The notes under the pieces are model-generated. The model was given only the letters and a program-made list of their open reading frames with translations, did no database searches and was not told the origin of the DNA. Shown here in pieces: positions 21,240-30,462 of a DNA stretch of 64,000 nucleotides (position 1 is its first letter; every line of letters begins with the position of its first letter). This DNA comes from Pirellulales bacterium. GTDB taxonomy: Bacteria > Planctomycetota > Planctomycetia > Pirellulales > PALSA-1355. Position numbers and translations under genes: made by a program. Location: the NCBI GenBank assembly GCA_963733035.1, contig CAVTBU010000005.1, positions 2,144,001 through 2,208,000 of the forward strand, given 5' to 3'.

Positions 21240-22280
21240 TTAGACGCTAAAGCGAATATTCAGGATGTCACCGTCCTGAATGACGTAATCCTTGGGCTCT
21301 TGCCGGACGAGCCCATGGGCTTTGATTTCGCGTTCGCTTCCCAGGCGGATCAGGTCCTCGCACGTCATGACCTCGGCTCGAATGAAGCCGCGGGCCAAGT
21401 CGGTGTGAATGTTCGCGGCCGCTTCCAGCGCCGTACCACCTTGCCGCAACATCCACGTGCGAACTTCTTTTTCGCCGGCGGTGAAATAAATCATCTGGCC
21501 TGACACGTCCATCAAGGTGCGAATCAGGGCATCGCGATCGTACCCGCCGACGCCCATCTCCTCGCGAAATGCCACTCGTTCCGAGGGATTCATCCGAGCC
21601 AATTCGAGTTCCAGGCCGACCGGAACAGCTGCCGCGCGAAGCGGTGGCGTACGGTTGGCAAGTTCGTCGAGCAGCCGCTGCGGATTGTCATCATCATCGG
21701 CCGCGTTGAAAACGACAAACTTGGGCTTTTCGGTCAGCAGTCGAAATGAGCGGGTAACCTTGAGTTGTTCTTCATTCATGCCGACGTCGGAAAGTGGCGT
21801 GCCGGATTCGAGTGCACTCAGCAAGGGCTCGAGCGCCGCCAGTTCGGCCAGTTCCTGATCGCGTCCTGGTCGGGGTTTCTTGGTACTCTCGCGAAGCCGT
21901 TCGACACGCCCGGAAACGATCTCCATGTCGGCCAGTAGAAAATCCTCGGCAAAGCTGTCGACGTCGGTCAAGGCCTTGGCGTCGCGTTGGTGGGCACCCA
22001 CGACGAGGACCAGGCAGCCCGCCTCACGAATCTGTGCCAACCGGGCCGCGTTGCCCTCATGCGTACGGCTTAGCCCGGCCGTATCAACCAGTTCCAGCGC
22101 GGCCAGGGTGATCTTCTTGGGGCTATAGATCTTGCAAAGCGCCTCGACTCGCACATCCGGGACGGTCGCCATCGCGCTCTGCGAGGCATGCGCCAGGGCC
22201 GGATCCGGGGGAACCCCCGTCAGCCACTCGAAAAGCGTGCTCTTGCCCGAACCCTGATAACCGATGAGACCGATTTTCAT
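21240..22280 (-). CDS. YchF/OLA1-like ATPase (divergent, C-terminal DUF933/TGS)
   Basis: P-loop GYQGSGKST, VPD.RV, DTAGL, FTAGEKEVRTW, IHTDLARGFIRAEV, KDYVIQDGD. Confidence 0.88.
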   Translation of the reverse strand: MKIGLIGYQGSGKSTLFEWLTGVPPDPALAHASQSAMATVPDVRVEALCKIYSPKKITLAALELVDTAGLSRTHEGNAARLAQIREAGCLVLVVGAHQRDAKALTDVDSFAEDFLLADMEIVSGRVERLRESTKKPRPGRDQELAELAALEPLLSALESGTPLSDVGMNEEQLKVTRSFRLLTEKPKFVVFNAADDDDNPQRLLDELANRTPPLRAAAVPVGLELELARMNPSERVAFREEMGVGGYDRDALIRTLMDVSGQMIYFTAGEKEVRTWMLRQGGTALEAAANIHTDLARGFIRAEVMTCEDLIRLGSEREIKAHGLVRQEPKDYVIQDGDILNIRFSV

Positions 22281-22377
22281 AATCGACGACTGGAAACCGG
22301 GTGGAGCCCGGCTGCAAGCGGTGTGAATCGCGAATGGCGGGCCGCACCGATCTCCAAGTCCGTGATGCGGCGCGAAG

Positions 22378-24725
22378 TCAGCGTGACCGGGTTAGCGCGA
22401 GTTCTAATTCGGTCAGCGCATGTTCTACCGCCTCTGCTTCCCGCTTGTCTAGGGTCCGTCCGCCAAAGCGGACACGATAAAACGTGTCGACGATTCGTTT
22501 CGGCAGGTGGGCGATCGGGCGATGATCGGTCCGCTCGGCCAAATGTCCGCAGGCAGCCATCGCATACTCGTGCGCCGTCTCGCCGGTTGGCGGCTCATTC
22601 CCAGCCGCTCGAGGGCCGTTTCGAGGCGACGATACATCTCCAGCACGGGTGCACGCTCACCCGCCTTTCTGCGGGCTATCCAACCCCGACGCGACAACCA
22701 TCGCCACGTGGCGCGCAACCCCACAACGGCGGAAAACAGAAACAGCGAGAACGTCACGGCCACCAGTCCGCCGCGCCAGCTGAACCAATGGCGCCGATAC
22801 CAAAACCAGAACTTTGCCAGCCGGCTTTCTTCGAGTGTTCGAAGCCGGTCCTGCCAAACTTGTACGCTGGTCAGGTGGTCCACGGCGGCTTCCACGCCCG
22901 CCACCAAAGGTTCGTAAACACCCTGCCGCTGTCGTTTGGCATTCAGGCTCGCCACGTAGTTAATCCACAGGACGCGGCCGTAGTCGATCAGCTGCCGCGC
23001 ACGCGCGATCAACCCGGACCCTGTGCCAGACGAACCCTCTTGCGTGCCCTCCGTCGGATCGAGTACCAACCATGCCGCTGATGGAAGACTCTCCCCGGCA
23101 AACTCGTCGGGCGGTATCTGTCCCTGTTCGAGATAGGCCTCGACCCAAGAATGGGCATGCAATTGTTGGACCTGATAGTAGCTGCCGACTTCGTTCCACT
23201 CGCCTCCCTTGAATCCTATAACCATCCGGGCTGGAATACCCTGACTTCTGAGCATCATCACCAACGCCCCGGCGAAGTACTCGCAGTGTCCGCCCTTATG
23301 CGCACTTACGAAATCCTCGAGTGGATCAAGCTCTGGGTCGCGTTCCTGCGGATCAAGCGAGTAGAAGAACTCTCCGGAAAGATGGAAATAGTCGGCTAGC
23401 GCGCGTGCCGCGCCGATGCGATCCGAGCGAGGATCGATTCCTTGATCGCTAAGTATTTTTGCGGCCAGGGCAGTCAACGCGGGAAACGGATTGTCGGCGA
23501 GATCATTCGCAAATGGCTGCAACAACCTCCTAAACAGACTAGACCTTGGTAGCTCTGGACAGGGCAACACCACTCGCTGCCGATCGCCTCTTATACCTGT
23601 CGTTCCGATGTCGAATTCCACTTGTCTCGAACGCAGTTCGTCGGAACGAAAGAGTTGGCCCGAATACGGATCCAACCTCAGGCGCGAATCGGGCTCGTCG
23701 ATTGCAACGGCCGGAGCCACGTGGAAAACCTCCGCGACATCGAGCGGCTCAAGTGAGATCCGCTGTCGCGCGATGGTACTACCGGCCTCGGCCGGCAGCC
23801 GAATGGAGTATGAATTGACCGCCTGCGACCACGTGCGGTCCTCGTATCGGGTGACAACCGAACCACGAAACAGGGGCTCTCCTTTCAACTGTATTGGGCG
23901 ATTGCCCCGCCCGCGATAGAAGGTCACCCGCATCACGACATCGGGATTCTGGATCACTTCGCCCAACTCACCGAGCATCACCGTGTTGGTAAATCCAACT
24001 GTGCGCAATGGCTCGGTGTCAGTCGTTTCGTATTCCGCGGTACCCCACCTGGGCAAAGCAAAAAATATCAGCCCGGCCGATACCGTCGCGAGTAAGCACA
24101 GGAGGATTGCCGTCGGCAGAAGACTCTTCAATAACGCTGGAGGATCGACTGGCAAAGCCCGACCTAGCAAGACAATCGTTTCTGGGGCGAGCGGGCCGGC
24201 ATCATCGCCTGTCGTGGCGGGCGCCGTTTTTCGGCTGCCCAGGTTAAGCTCGTTCGCTTCGCTGGAAAGCAACAGCGTGGCAAACCCGACAACGCCTAAG
24301 AGTAGATAGATCAACAGGAACCACCCGAAAGCCGGACCCGGATACAGCGTGGAGGCGATGGCAATCTGCCCCAAACTCAATAGCGCCAGCTGCCAATAGA
24401 CGCGGGCCGTCTTTGTTTGGAACAACAGCACGTATTGCAAGTACGATTGTAGATTCGCGACTAGGATCAATAGCCCCTGCCGATCCGTGCGGAACGCCGC
24501 CACGGCCGATGCCAACATGATGGCCAGCGCGGTGAGGTCAGCGACGGGCTGGGTGAGGCGAAACATCTTCTTGGAATCGGTGACATACGCCGACACGCCC
24601 ACCATGGCCAAGGTCAGCACGAGAATCAGGACACTCCCCTCTCCCAAGGCCAATAGCACGGTTGCCACAAGCACCTGCAACATGATCAGAAGACGTGCAA
24701 GTTGTCGCAGTTGAGGAGATCGCAT
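22378..24725 (-). CDS. Transglutaminase TgpA-type membrane protein (DUF3488/DUF4129), 1-nt frameshift near 22584
   Basis: N-terminal TMs, GHCEYFA, HAHSWVEAY, LDPT; adding one G restores RQPGETAHEYA into ORF 22378-22560. Confidence 0.87.
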
Positions 24726-24736
24726 CGGGCCGATGG

Positions 24737-25915
24737 CTATGCGTGGTGGGGAATGATGGGTGAAAAATAACTTGCGAGTTCACCGCCAGCGATATCGACG
24801 GCCAAAATCTGCCGACCGTCAAGTTGCGAGTCGCGCTCGGCGGCTGCCCGATTGAGAACGTTCCAGTCGACCGATCGCGTGCTAATAATAAAGGTTGGCG
24901 TCGATGAAGGAACAAGCGCCAAGGCATGCCCGAGTTCACGCGGGAAATCGGGCTGCTCGTGCGCCTGAACCAGCGCGAGCGCGTCCATCTGCTCTTGTAA
25001 AAATACGGGCGAACCAGAACCTGCGTTGGAAAACGGGCACCGCGCGGCAACCTCGATCAAGAGTTGAGCGCCAGGTTTGCGGCAGACCTCGGCAATCAGC
25101 GTGGCGACAAAACTGACCGCCGTCTCGACGCGTTCCAAGTCCTGTTCATTTGGTTCGCCCGGTTGCCACAGGTCGAGCAGAATCGCCAGGTTTTGGCTGC
25201 GTCGCTGCTCAAACTGCCGCACGATCAGCGCTCCCCGACGCGCCGACGTGCGCCAGTGAATCCAGCGGCGGCTATCTCCCGGCCGCCATTCCCGCAGACC
25301 ATAAAAATCGGCCTCGAGCATGCCGCGCCGGGTGATCCGCTGACTGCCGGATTCGTGCTCGTGTACCATCTTTTCCCAGCCTGGATTCAATTGCCCCAGC
25401 TTGGGATGAACCAACAGCTCGTTGTGCTCAGCCGCGATCAGGCTGTGGCGTATCAACCCCAGCGGAAACCGAGTCGCCGCCCGTAGCGGACCGAAAAAGT
25501 ACCGTCCACGACGGGCCAGTTTTCCTTCATAGAACGATTGCCGCGACTGGGACGCCGGCACATACGGAAAAAAAACGCCGACCCGGGCGGACTCCCCGGA
25601 CACGCCCTCGCGCTGGACCGAATCCTCGACCTTCAGGCCCCACAGGCCCAGCCAACGGCTGGCATTTCTGACCGTGACATCTATGCGCAAAGGTTCGCCC
25701 GCGTGCAAATGCGACGGCAGTCGCCGCTCGACACGAACCCGGCCGAGCGTCAGTCGCCCGTAGAACAGGCTGAAAAGCAGCGGGCCTGCCATGACACAGC
25801 CCACTAGCATCAAGAGGTTCAATTGGCGGCTCACGGCCCCAATGAGCACCGCCAGGAACACGATTATATAGTAGAGCCCTTCGCGGCAAATCCTCAGTTG
25901 GCGCTGGCGAGGCAT
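24737..25915 (-). CDS. DUF58 domain protein
   Basis: N-terminal TMs, RRG.Y, FPLGL, LREWRPGD.RRWIHWRTSAR. Confidence 0.9.
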   Translation of the reverse strand: MPRQRQLRICREGLYYIIVFLAVLIGAVSRQLNLLMLVGCVMAGPLLFSLFYGRLTLGRVRVERRLPSHLHAGEPLRIDVTVRNASRWLGLWGLKVEDSVQREGVSGESARVGVFFPYVPASQSRQSFYEGKLARRGRYFFGPLRAATRFPLGLIRHSLIAAEHNELLVHPKLGQLNPGWEKMVHEHESGSQRITRRGMLEADFYGLREWRPGDSRRWIHWRTSARRGALIVRQFEQRRSQNLAILLDLWQPGEPNEQDLERVETAVSFVATLIAEVCRKPGAQLLIEVAARCPFSNAGSGSPVFLQEQMDALALVQAHEQPDFPRELGHALALVPSSTPTFIISTRSVDWNVLNRAAAERDSQLDGRQILAVDIAGGELASYFSPIIPHHA

Positions 25916-26051
25916 GCAAATCACCGATCGCGGAAACCGATTCTTCCCAGACCTGCCCGCCGTGTGGTCCACAGATAATGCACCCGTGGCCCCGCAATTG
26001 CTTCCGGGCCCTGGCCCCCTCATTGTACCAGTTTCATCCGCAGTGGGTTGG

Positions 26052-26993
26052 CTAGCGCGGCACCGGAATTTCGTCGACGAGCCGCCCGACCAAGTCTTCC
26101 ATTGCCTGTCGATGCGTCCCCTGCAAGTAACCCTTGGCAATCACCCGATGCGAGAGCACGGGCACGGCCAGGCGTTTGACGTCGTCCGGAATCACGAAAT
26201 CTCGGTTCTCCACCAGGGCCAACGCCTGACTGGCACGATAGAGACATAGCGCCCCTCGCGTGCTGACGCCAACGCGCAATTCGTCGCAGCGCCGCGTGGC
26301 GTCGACGATATCCAGCAAATAACCGTTGATGCTTTCTTCCATTGACACTTGCCGTACGGCCTGTTGCAGCGTCACCACCTGGTCGGCATCCAGCACGTGC
26401 TCCAAGTTGTCGATCGGCTCGCCAACCCGGTGACTACTCAGCACCTGCAATTCATCGTCACGCTCGGGATATCCGACGGCGATCCGCATCAGGAACCGGT
26501 CGAGTTGGCTCTCGGGCAGCGGATAGGTTCCCTCGAACTCGAACGGATTCTGCGTAGCAATGACCATGAACGGCTGCGGAAGCGGGTACGTCTGCCCGTC
26601 GATCGTCACTTGGTGATCGCTCATCGCTTCCAGGAGCGCGCTTTGCGTGCGCGGAGGCGTGCGATTGATCTCATCCGCCAGGATGATGTTGCCGAAGATC
26701 GGACCGCGGGTGTAGACAAACTGCCCGGTTTGCGGGTTATAGACGTTGCCGCCGGTGATGTCGCTAGGCAGCAAGTCGGCGGTGAACTGGATGCGGCAAA
26801 AGGCTGACGAGATGCTCTTGGCCAGTGCCTTGCCAATCAGCGTCTTTCCCACACCGGGAACGTCTTCTAGCAGGACGTGATCGGCCGCCAACAGTGAAAC
26901 GATGCATAGCCGCACAACCTCGCCTTTGCCCAATACGACCTGGGCGATATTTGCTTCGAGTTCGGCTACGAGGTTCTGCAGCTTGGTGGTCAT
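26052..26993 (-). CDS. MoxR family AAA+ ATPase
   Basis: LEDVPGVGKT, RIQFTADLLPSD, DEINR, ATQNP.E.EGTYPLPESQLDRF. Confidence 0.95.
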   Translation of the reverse strand: MTTKLQNLVAELEANIAQVVLGKGEVVRLCIVSLLAADHVLLEDVPGVGKTLIGKALAKSISSAFCRIQFTADLLPSDITGGNVYNPQTGQFVYTRGPIFGNIILADEINRTPPRTQSALLEAMSDHQVTIDGQTYPLPQPFMVIATQNPFEFEGTYPLPESQLDRFLMRIAVGYPERDDELQVLSSHRVGEPIDNLEHVLDADQVVTLQQAVRQVSMEESINGYLLDIVDATRRCDELRVGVSTRGALCLYRASQALALVENRDFVIPDDVKRLAVPVLSHRVIAKGYLQGTHRQAMEDLVGRLVDEIPVPR

Positions 26994-27146
26994 GCAACTG
27001 CTCGCTGCCCGCTCTCCGCCGCGAGCGTGCCATGCCATTTAACGTGGTCGATCCGGCCCCGCGCACGGCCAGCGTCCGAGCGCCGCCGGAACGCGAGACT
27101 TTCTATCCTATCCAGGCCGGCCGCCACCGGTCCAGCCCCGACGGGC

Positions 27147-28034
27147 TCAGGTCAGGACTTCTCGGAGGTGAAAGTGAAATTTTCCGAGTCGGCCCCCGTA
27201 GTTGCCGGCAGTGATGGCCAAAACACCGGGACCGCTGGCGGCTCGGATGCCGACAGACATGGCTCGGCTAATTGCCGCTTCGTCGCTACCGTCGATCACG
27301 ACTTCGTAGGCCGCGTTGGCTCCTGCCACCAATTTCGTTTCCACTCGGCCGCGCAGCGTCGGGCAATACGCGTCGGCCGTGGACGCTTTCAATGCCTTGT
27401 AGCGCGATCCCACCTTGCTGCCGCTACGGGCCACGCCACCTGGAAATGGCGTGATTACGCCTGGTAGCGGGTCGATAGCTTCGATCGCCAGCCGTGCGGC
27501 AGCCAGTGCGGCGACTTGGGAGGTACCCTGCAGGATGAAGTTGCCACCGCCAATTCCTTTTGCAACGTGGACCATATCTTCAACGATGAATTCGCCGTCC
27601 ATGACTGGCACGCGCCAGTAGCGACGATCGCCGATGAGCTTACTTTTTTGATAGCCGTCGCCAAAATAGCGGATCGTCTTGCCGAGCGGAATTCGCGATT
27701 CACCACCTGACAGTCCGTCGTACACGGCCGTGGTCGGACAGGTCATCACGCACTGTCCAAGGCGATTCGGCACGACGGCGGCCAATCCGTCGGCCGAAAA
27801 ACCAAACAGCAGAATTGCGGCCCCAGGCCGGCCGTCGGGCGTTTCCTGCGGCGTGAGCAGACATTCGCGGCCGGCTTCGCTATCGCAGGAAATTATCGAG
27901 GAACTATAGCCCGTGACTTCGCGCACCGCTTCGTCGAGCCAATGGTCGTCGTGGGCGGTGACGATCAACCGCACGTAGCGCATTCGGAATGCTTCGGCGA
28001 AGGTGTCTTCGATGTGCGTTCCGTTCAGCTTCAC
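27147..28034 (-). CDS. fhcD: Formylmethanofuran--tetrahydromethanopterin formyltransferase
   Basis: IEDTFAEAF, ETPDGRPG, GQCVMTCPT, FGDGYQ, PFPGGVARSGSKVGS, AGNYGG.LG. Confidence 0.93.
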   Translation of the reverse strand: MKLNGTHIEDTFAEAFRMRYVRLIVTAHDDHWLDEAVREVTGYSSSIISCDSEAGRECLLTPQETPDGRPGAAILLFGFSADGLAAVVPNRLGQCVMTCPTTAVYDGLSGGESRIPLGKTIRYFGDGYQKSKLIGDRRYWRVPVMDGEFIVEDMVHVAKGIGGGNFILQGTSQVAALAAARLAIEAIDPLPGVITPFPGGVARSGSKVGSRYKALKASTADAYCPTLRGRVETKLVAGANAAYEVVIDGSDEAAISRAMSVGIRAASGPGVLAITAGNYGGRLGKFHFHLREVLT

Positions 28035-28243
28035 GCAATTGGCCTATGTAAACGGGAGGGAGGGGCAAGTTCGATGTCCGGCACGACCATCATGATCGCG
28101 CCCGCCCGACCTGCCAAGTGTAGGTAGTGCCGGCGACATCGGGCCGCGAGGCCGCAGACACGTCATTTACTTGCAACGTTTCGATCATTTTACGATACTT
28201 GGAGGCGGCAGCGGTTTAGCCTTTCCCAAGCGAGGAGCGGACG

Positions 28244-29155
28244 ATGCACATTCCCAACGGCTTTCTGACGGATCCTGTCTGCACGGTCTCAACCTTGGCT
28301 TCGGCCGGCGCGATCGGCTATGGATTCTCGCGCATTCGCCAAGCCGACAGCTCCCGCTCCGGGGCTTTGATGGCCGCCACCGGCGCCGGTATCTTTGCCG
28401 CTCAGATGGTGAACTTTCCGATCGACGGAGGCACCTCGGGGCACGTGCTGGGTGCGGCCGTCGCTGCCATTGCCCTGGGACCGTGGCGCGGCATGCTGAC
28501 GATGGCCATCGTGTTGGCCGTGCAATGTCTGATATTTGGTGACGGTGGGCTAAGCGTGCTGGGCGCCAACGTGCTGAACATCGCCGTCGTGGGTACCTTG
28601 GTGTCCTGGGGCGTCTATCAATACACCACGCGCCGTGTGAGTGGCATGTCTGGCAAGCTGCTGGGAGCAGGCGCGGCAGCGTTTGGTTCGGTGTTGGCCG
28701 CCGCCACCATTTGTGCCGCTGAATTGGCCGTAAGCGGCACGTACGCGATGAGCGAAGTCTTTTCCGCCATGTTGAGCGTGCACTTGCTAATCGCCCTGTG
28801 CGAAGCGATTGTCACGACCGCCGTGGTTGCTGCCGCGATCGCACTGGCGGCCGAACATCGACTTAGCTCGCCGCGCAGCGTGATGTCGGTTGGACTGGCG
28901 CTGGCGATTGCCGTGGCTGGTTTGCTCGCCCCGCTGGCCTCGTCGTCGCCAGACGGCCTGGAGCGCGTGGCCCAGGACCTGAACTTTGCTGCGTTGGCAA
29001 CCGACTCGTTCGCCCTGGTAGCTGGCTATGAAGCACCGGGCGTCGCCTGGCCGGCAGCCGCCGTGGCCTTAGCAGGCATGTTCGGCGTGTTGGTCGTTTT
29101 CGCCAGCAATTATACTTTGGCCCGCGCGGCAAAAGTTCGCCTGCCGAAGCGATAA
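28244..29155 (+). CDS. Co/Ni ECF transporter S component CbiM/NikM fused to a PDGLE (NikN-like) domain
   Basis: MHIPNGFL N-terminus, FAAQMVNFP, GTSGH, FGDGG..LGAN, C-terminal ASSSPDGLE. Confidence 0.9.
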   Translation: MHIPNGFLTDPVCTVSTLASAGAIGYGFSRIRQADSSRSGALMAATGAGIFAAQMVNFPIDGGTSGHVLGAAVAAIALGPWRGMLTMAIVLAVQCLIFGDGGLSVLGANVLNIAVVGTLVSWGVYQYTTRRVSGMSGKLLGAGAAAFGSVLAAATICAAELAVSGTYAMSEVFSAMLSVHLLIALCEAIVTTAVVAAAIALAAEHRLSSPRSVMSVGLALAIAVAGLLAPLASSSPDGLERVAQDLNFAALATDSFALVAGYEAPGVAWPAAAVALAGMFGVLVVFASNYTLARAAKVRLPKR

Positions 29156-29186
29156 CGCAACGCCCCCCATCAACCCAAGCCCAGTC

Positions 29187-29223
29187 GCACCGCGTCGAGC
29201 AACTCGCCGCGGTGCTTTTTCTT
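29187..29223 (+). terminator. Intrinsic terminator after the cbiM-like gene
   Basis: GCACCGCG...CGCGGTGC stem followed by TTTTTCTT. Confidence 0.75.
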
Positions 29224-29319
29224 GCGCCGTTACCGCCAAAAGACGACAAAAATGGTTCCCGGGGGCGGGTGCGGACAATGACAGTTTCCAATGATGAGTT
29301 GAAAATGGCGCCAGAACTT

Positions 29320-29625
29320 CTAACCCTTTTTCGATGGTGGATCCGTCTGCGGCATCTGGATTAGAATCGCCTTGGCGACGGCTCTCATAGCGGCCATGTC
29401 CGGGTGAGTAATTAGCGCTTCACAAGATATCGTTTGATCGGTTTGACTGAATTCGTGTAGAGATCTGCCAAAGCGACGAAGAAAGTCATCGATCTCGAGG
29501 CTGAACACCAATCGGCCACGATCTAATTCATGCCCGAGGCCGGAATCGTCGAAGAGCTGGCAAACTGCTTCCATGAACGACGATATCTCGCCTTCGCCAG
29601 AGGATAGCCAACGCCTTCGCTGTAA
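29320..29625 (-). pseudogene. 5'-truncated remnant of a small acidic protein (possibly immunity-type)
   Basis: Frame QRRRWLSSGEGEISSFMEAVCQLFDDSGLG...; visibly more AT-rich than flanks; abuts the inverted repeat. Confidence 0.4.
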
Positions 29626-29686
29626 TGAAAAAGGTTCCTGGCACCTTTTCTGCAAAACCGAAAAAGGTGCCAGGAACCCTTTTTCA
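29626..29686. repeat. REP-doublet (REPIN-like) inverted repeat
   Basis: TGAAAAAGGTTCCTGGCACCTTTT ... AAAAGGTGCCAGGAACCCTTTTTCA; each arm has its own internal dyad. Confidence 0.75.
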
Positions 29687-30397
29687 GGTCGTGGCGGACC
29701 AGGTCCAGTGGCGGTCGGTGGTGGGTTGAACGCTTTGGCCGTCGAAGCCGAGTTGCGAGATGAGTGCGCGAATATCCGAGACCGAGAGCGCAGCACGTAA
29801 CGAATCGTCAAACAGCTTGCGCTGGTGGGCGTTGCAGTTAGCGGCGTAGGTGTCGACCAAGTGCCGCACTTCGGCGTCGTCTCTTGGTCGTGAAAGATCC
29901 CGAAAGAACGCCAATCCGCCGGGCTTGCGCAGCACGCGCACCGCTTCGGCCAGAGTTGCCAGCGGCTCGGGAATGTGGTGCACGATGCTGTTGCTGACGA
30001 CAGCGGCGAAATGACCATCCGCAAAAGGGAGTCGTTTGGCGTCGACTTGCTGCAATTGGATTCGGTCTGTTAGGCCCGCTCGCGCGACGTTTTCGGCAGC
30101 CAATCGCAGCATTTGGGCCGAAAGATCGATGGCCAGGACGCGAAGGGTGGGGCTCTGCCGGCAAAGTTCGATCGGAATTTGCGCCGTGCCGGTACCGAGG
30201 TCGAGCACCTCGACATCCGACCGCAAGCCGGCAGCCGCAAGCGCCGCCAGAAAATCCGCGGCGAAGCGGCGGTTCACCTCGCTGTGATCCATCGCGTCGT
30301 AGTCGCAGGCTTCCTTGGCGGTGTCCATAACCTCCGATTCCAGGACGCGGGTGAGACACGAGTGGTCGGAGGCAAGTGCAGGAATCGGACCGATCAT
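29684..30397 (-). CDS. Class I SAM-dependent methyltransferase
   Basis: RVLE.EVMD, YDAMDH..VN, VLDLGTGTA, DAKRLPF, SNSIVHHIPEP; start uncertain. Confidence 0.88.
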   Translation of the reverse strand: MIGPIPALASDHSCLTRVLESEVMDTAKEACDYDAMDHSEVNRRFAADFLAALAAAGLRSDVEVLDLGTGTAQIPIELCRQSPTLRVLAIDLSAQMLRLAAENVARAGLTDRIQLQQVDAKRLPFADGHFAAVVSNSIVHHIPEPLATLAEAVRVLRKPGGLAFFRDLSRPRDDAEVRHLVDTYAANCNAHQRKLFDDSLRAALSVSDIRALISQLGFDGQSVQPTTDRHWTWSATT

Positions 30398-30462
30398 GGG
30401 CGATGTAACCAGGGACGGCCATCCCCGGGCTCTCAATGTAAGGTGACCTCTTGCCGCTGGAA

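Noticed and set aside
22378..26993. MoxR-DUF58-transglutaminase as a novel system
   Set aside because: Widespread, previously described gene triad
28035..28243. Cobalamin or NiCo riboswitch upstream of the cbiM-like gene
   Set aside because: No B12-box or other conserved riboswitch core recognisable by eye; the leader after the likely promoter is short
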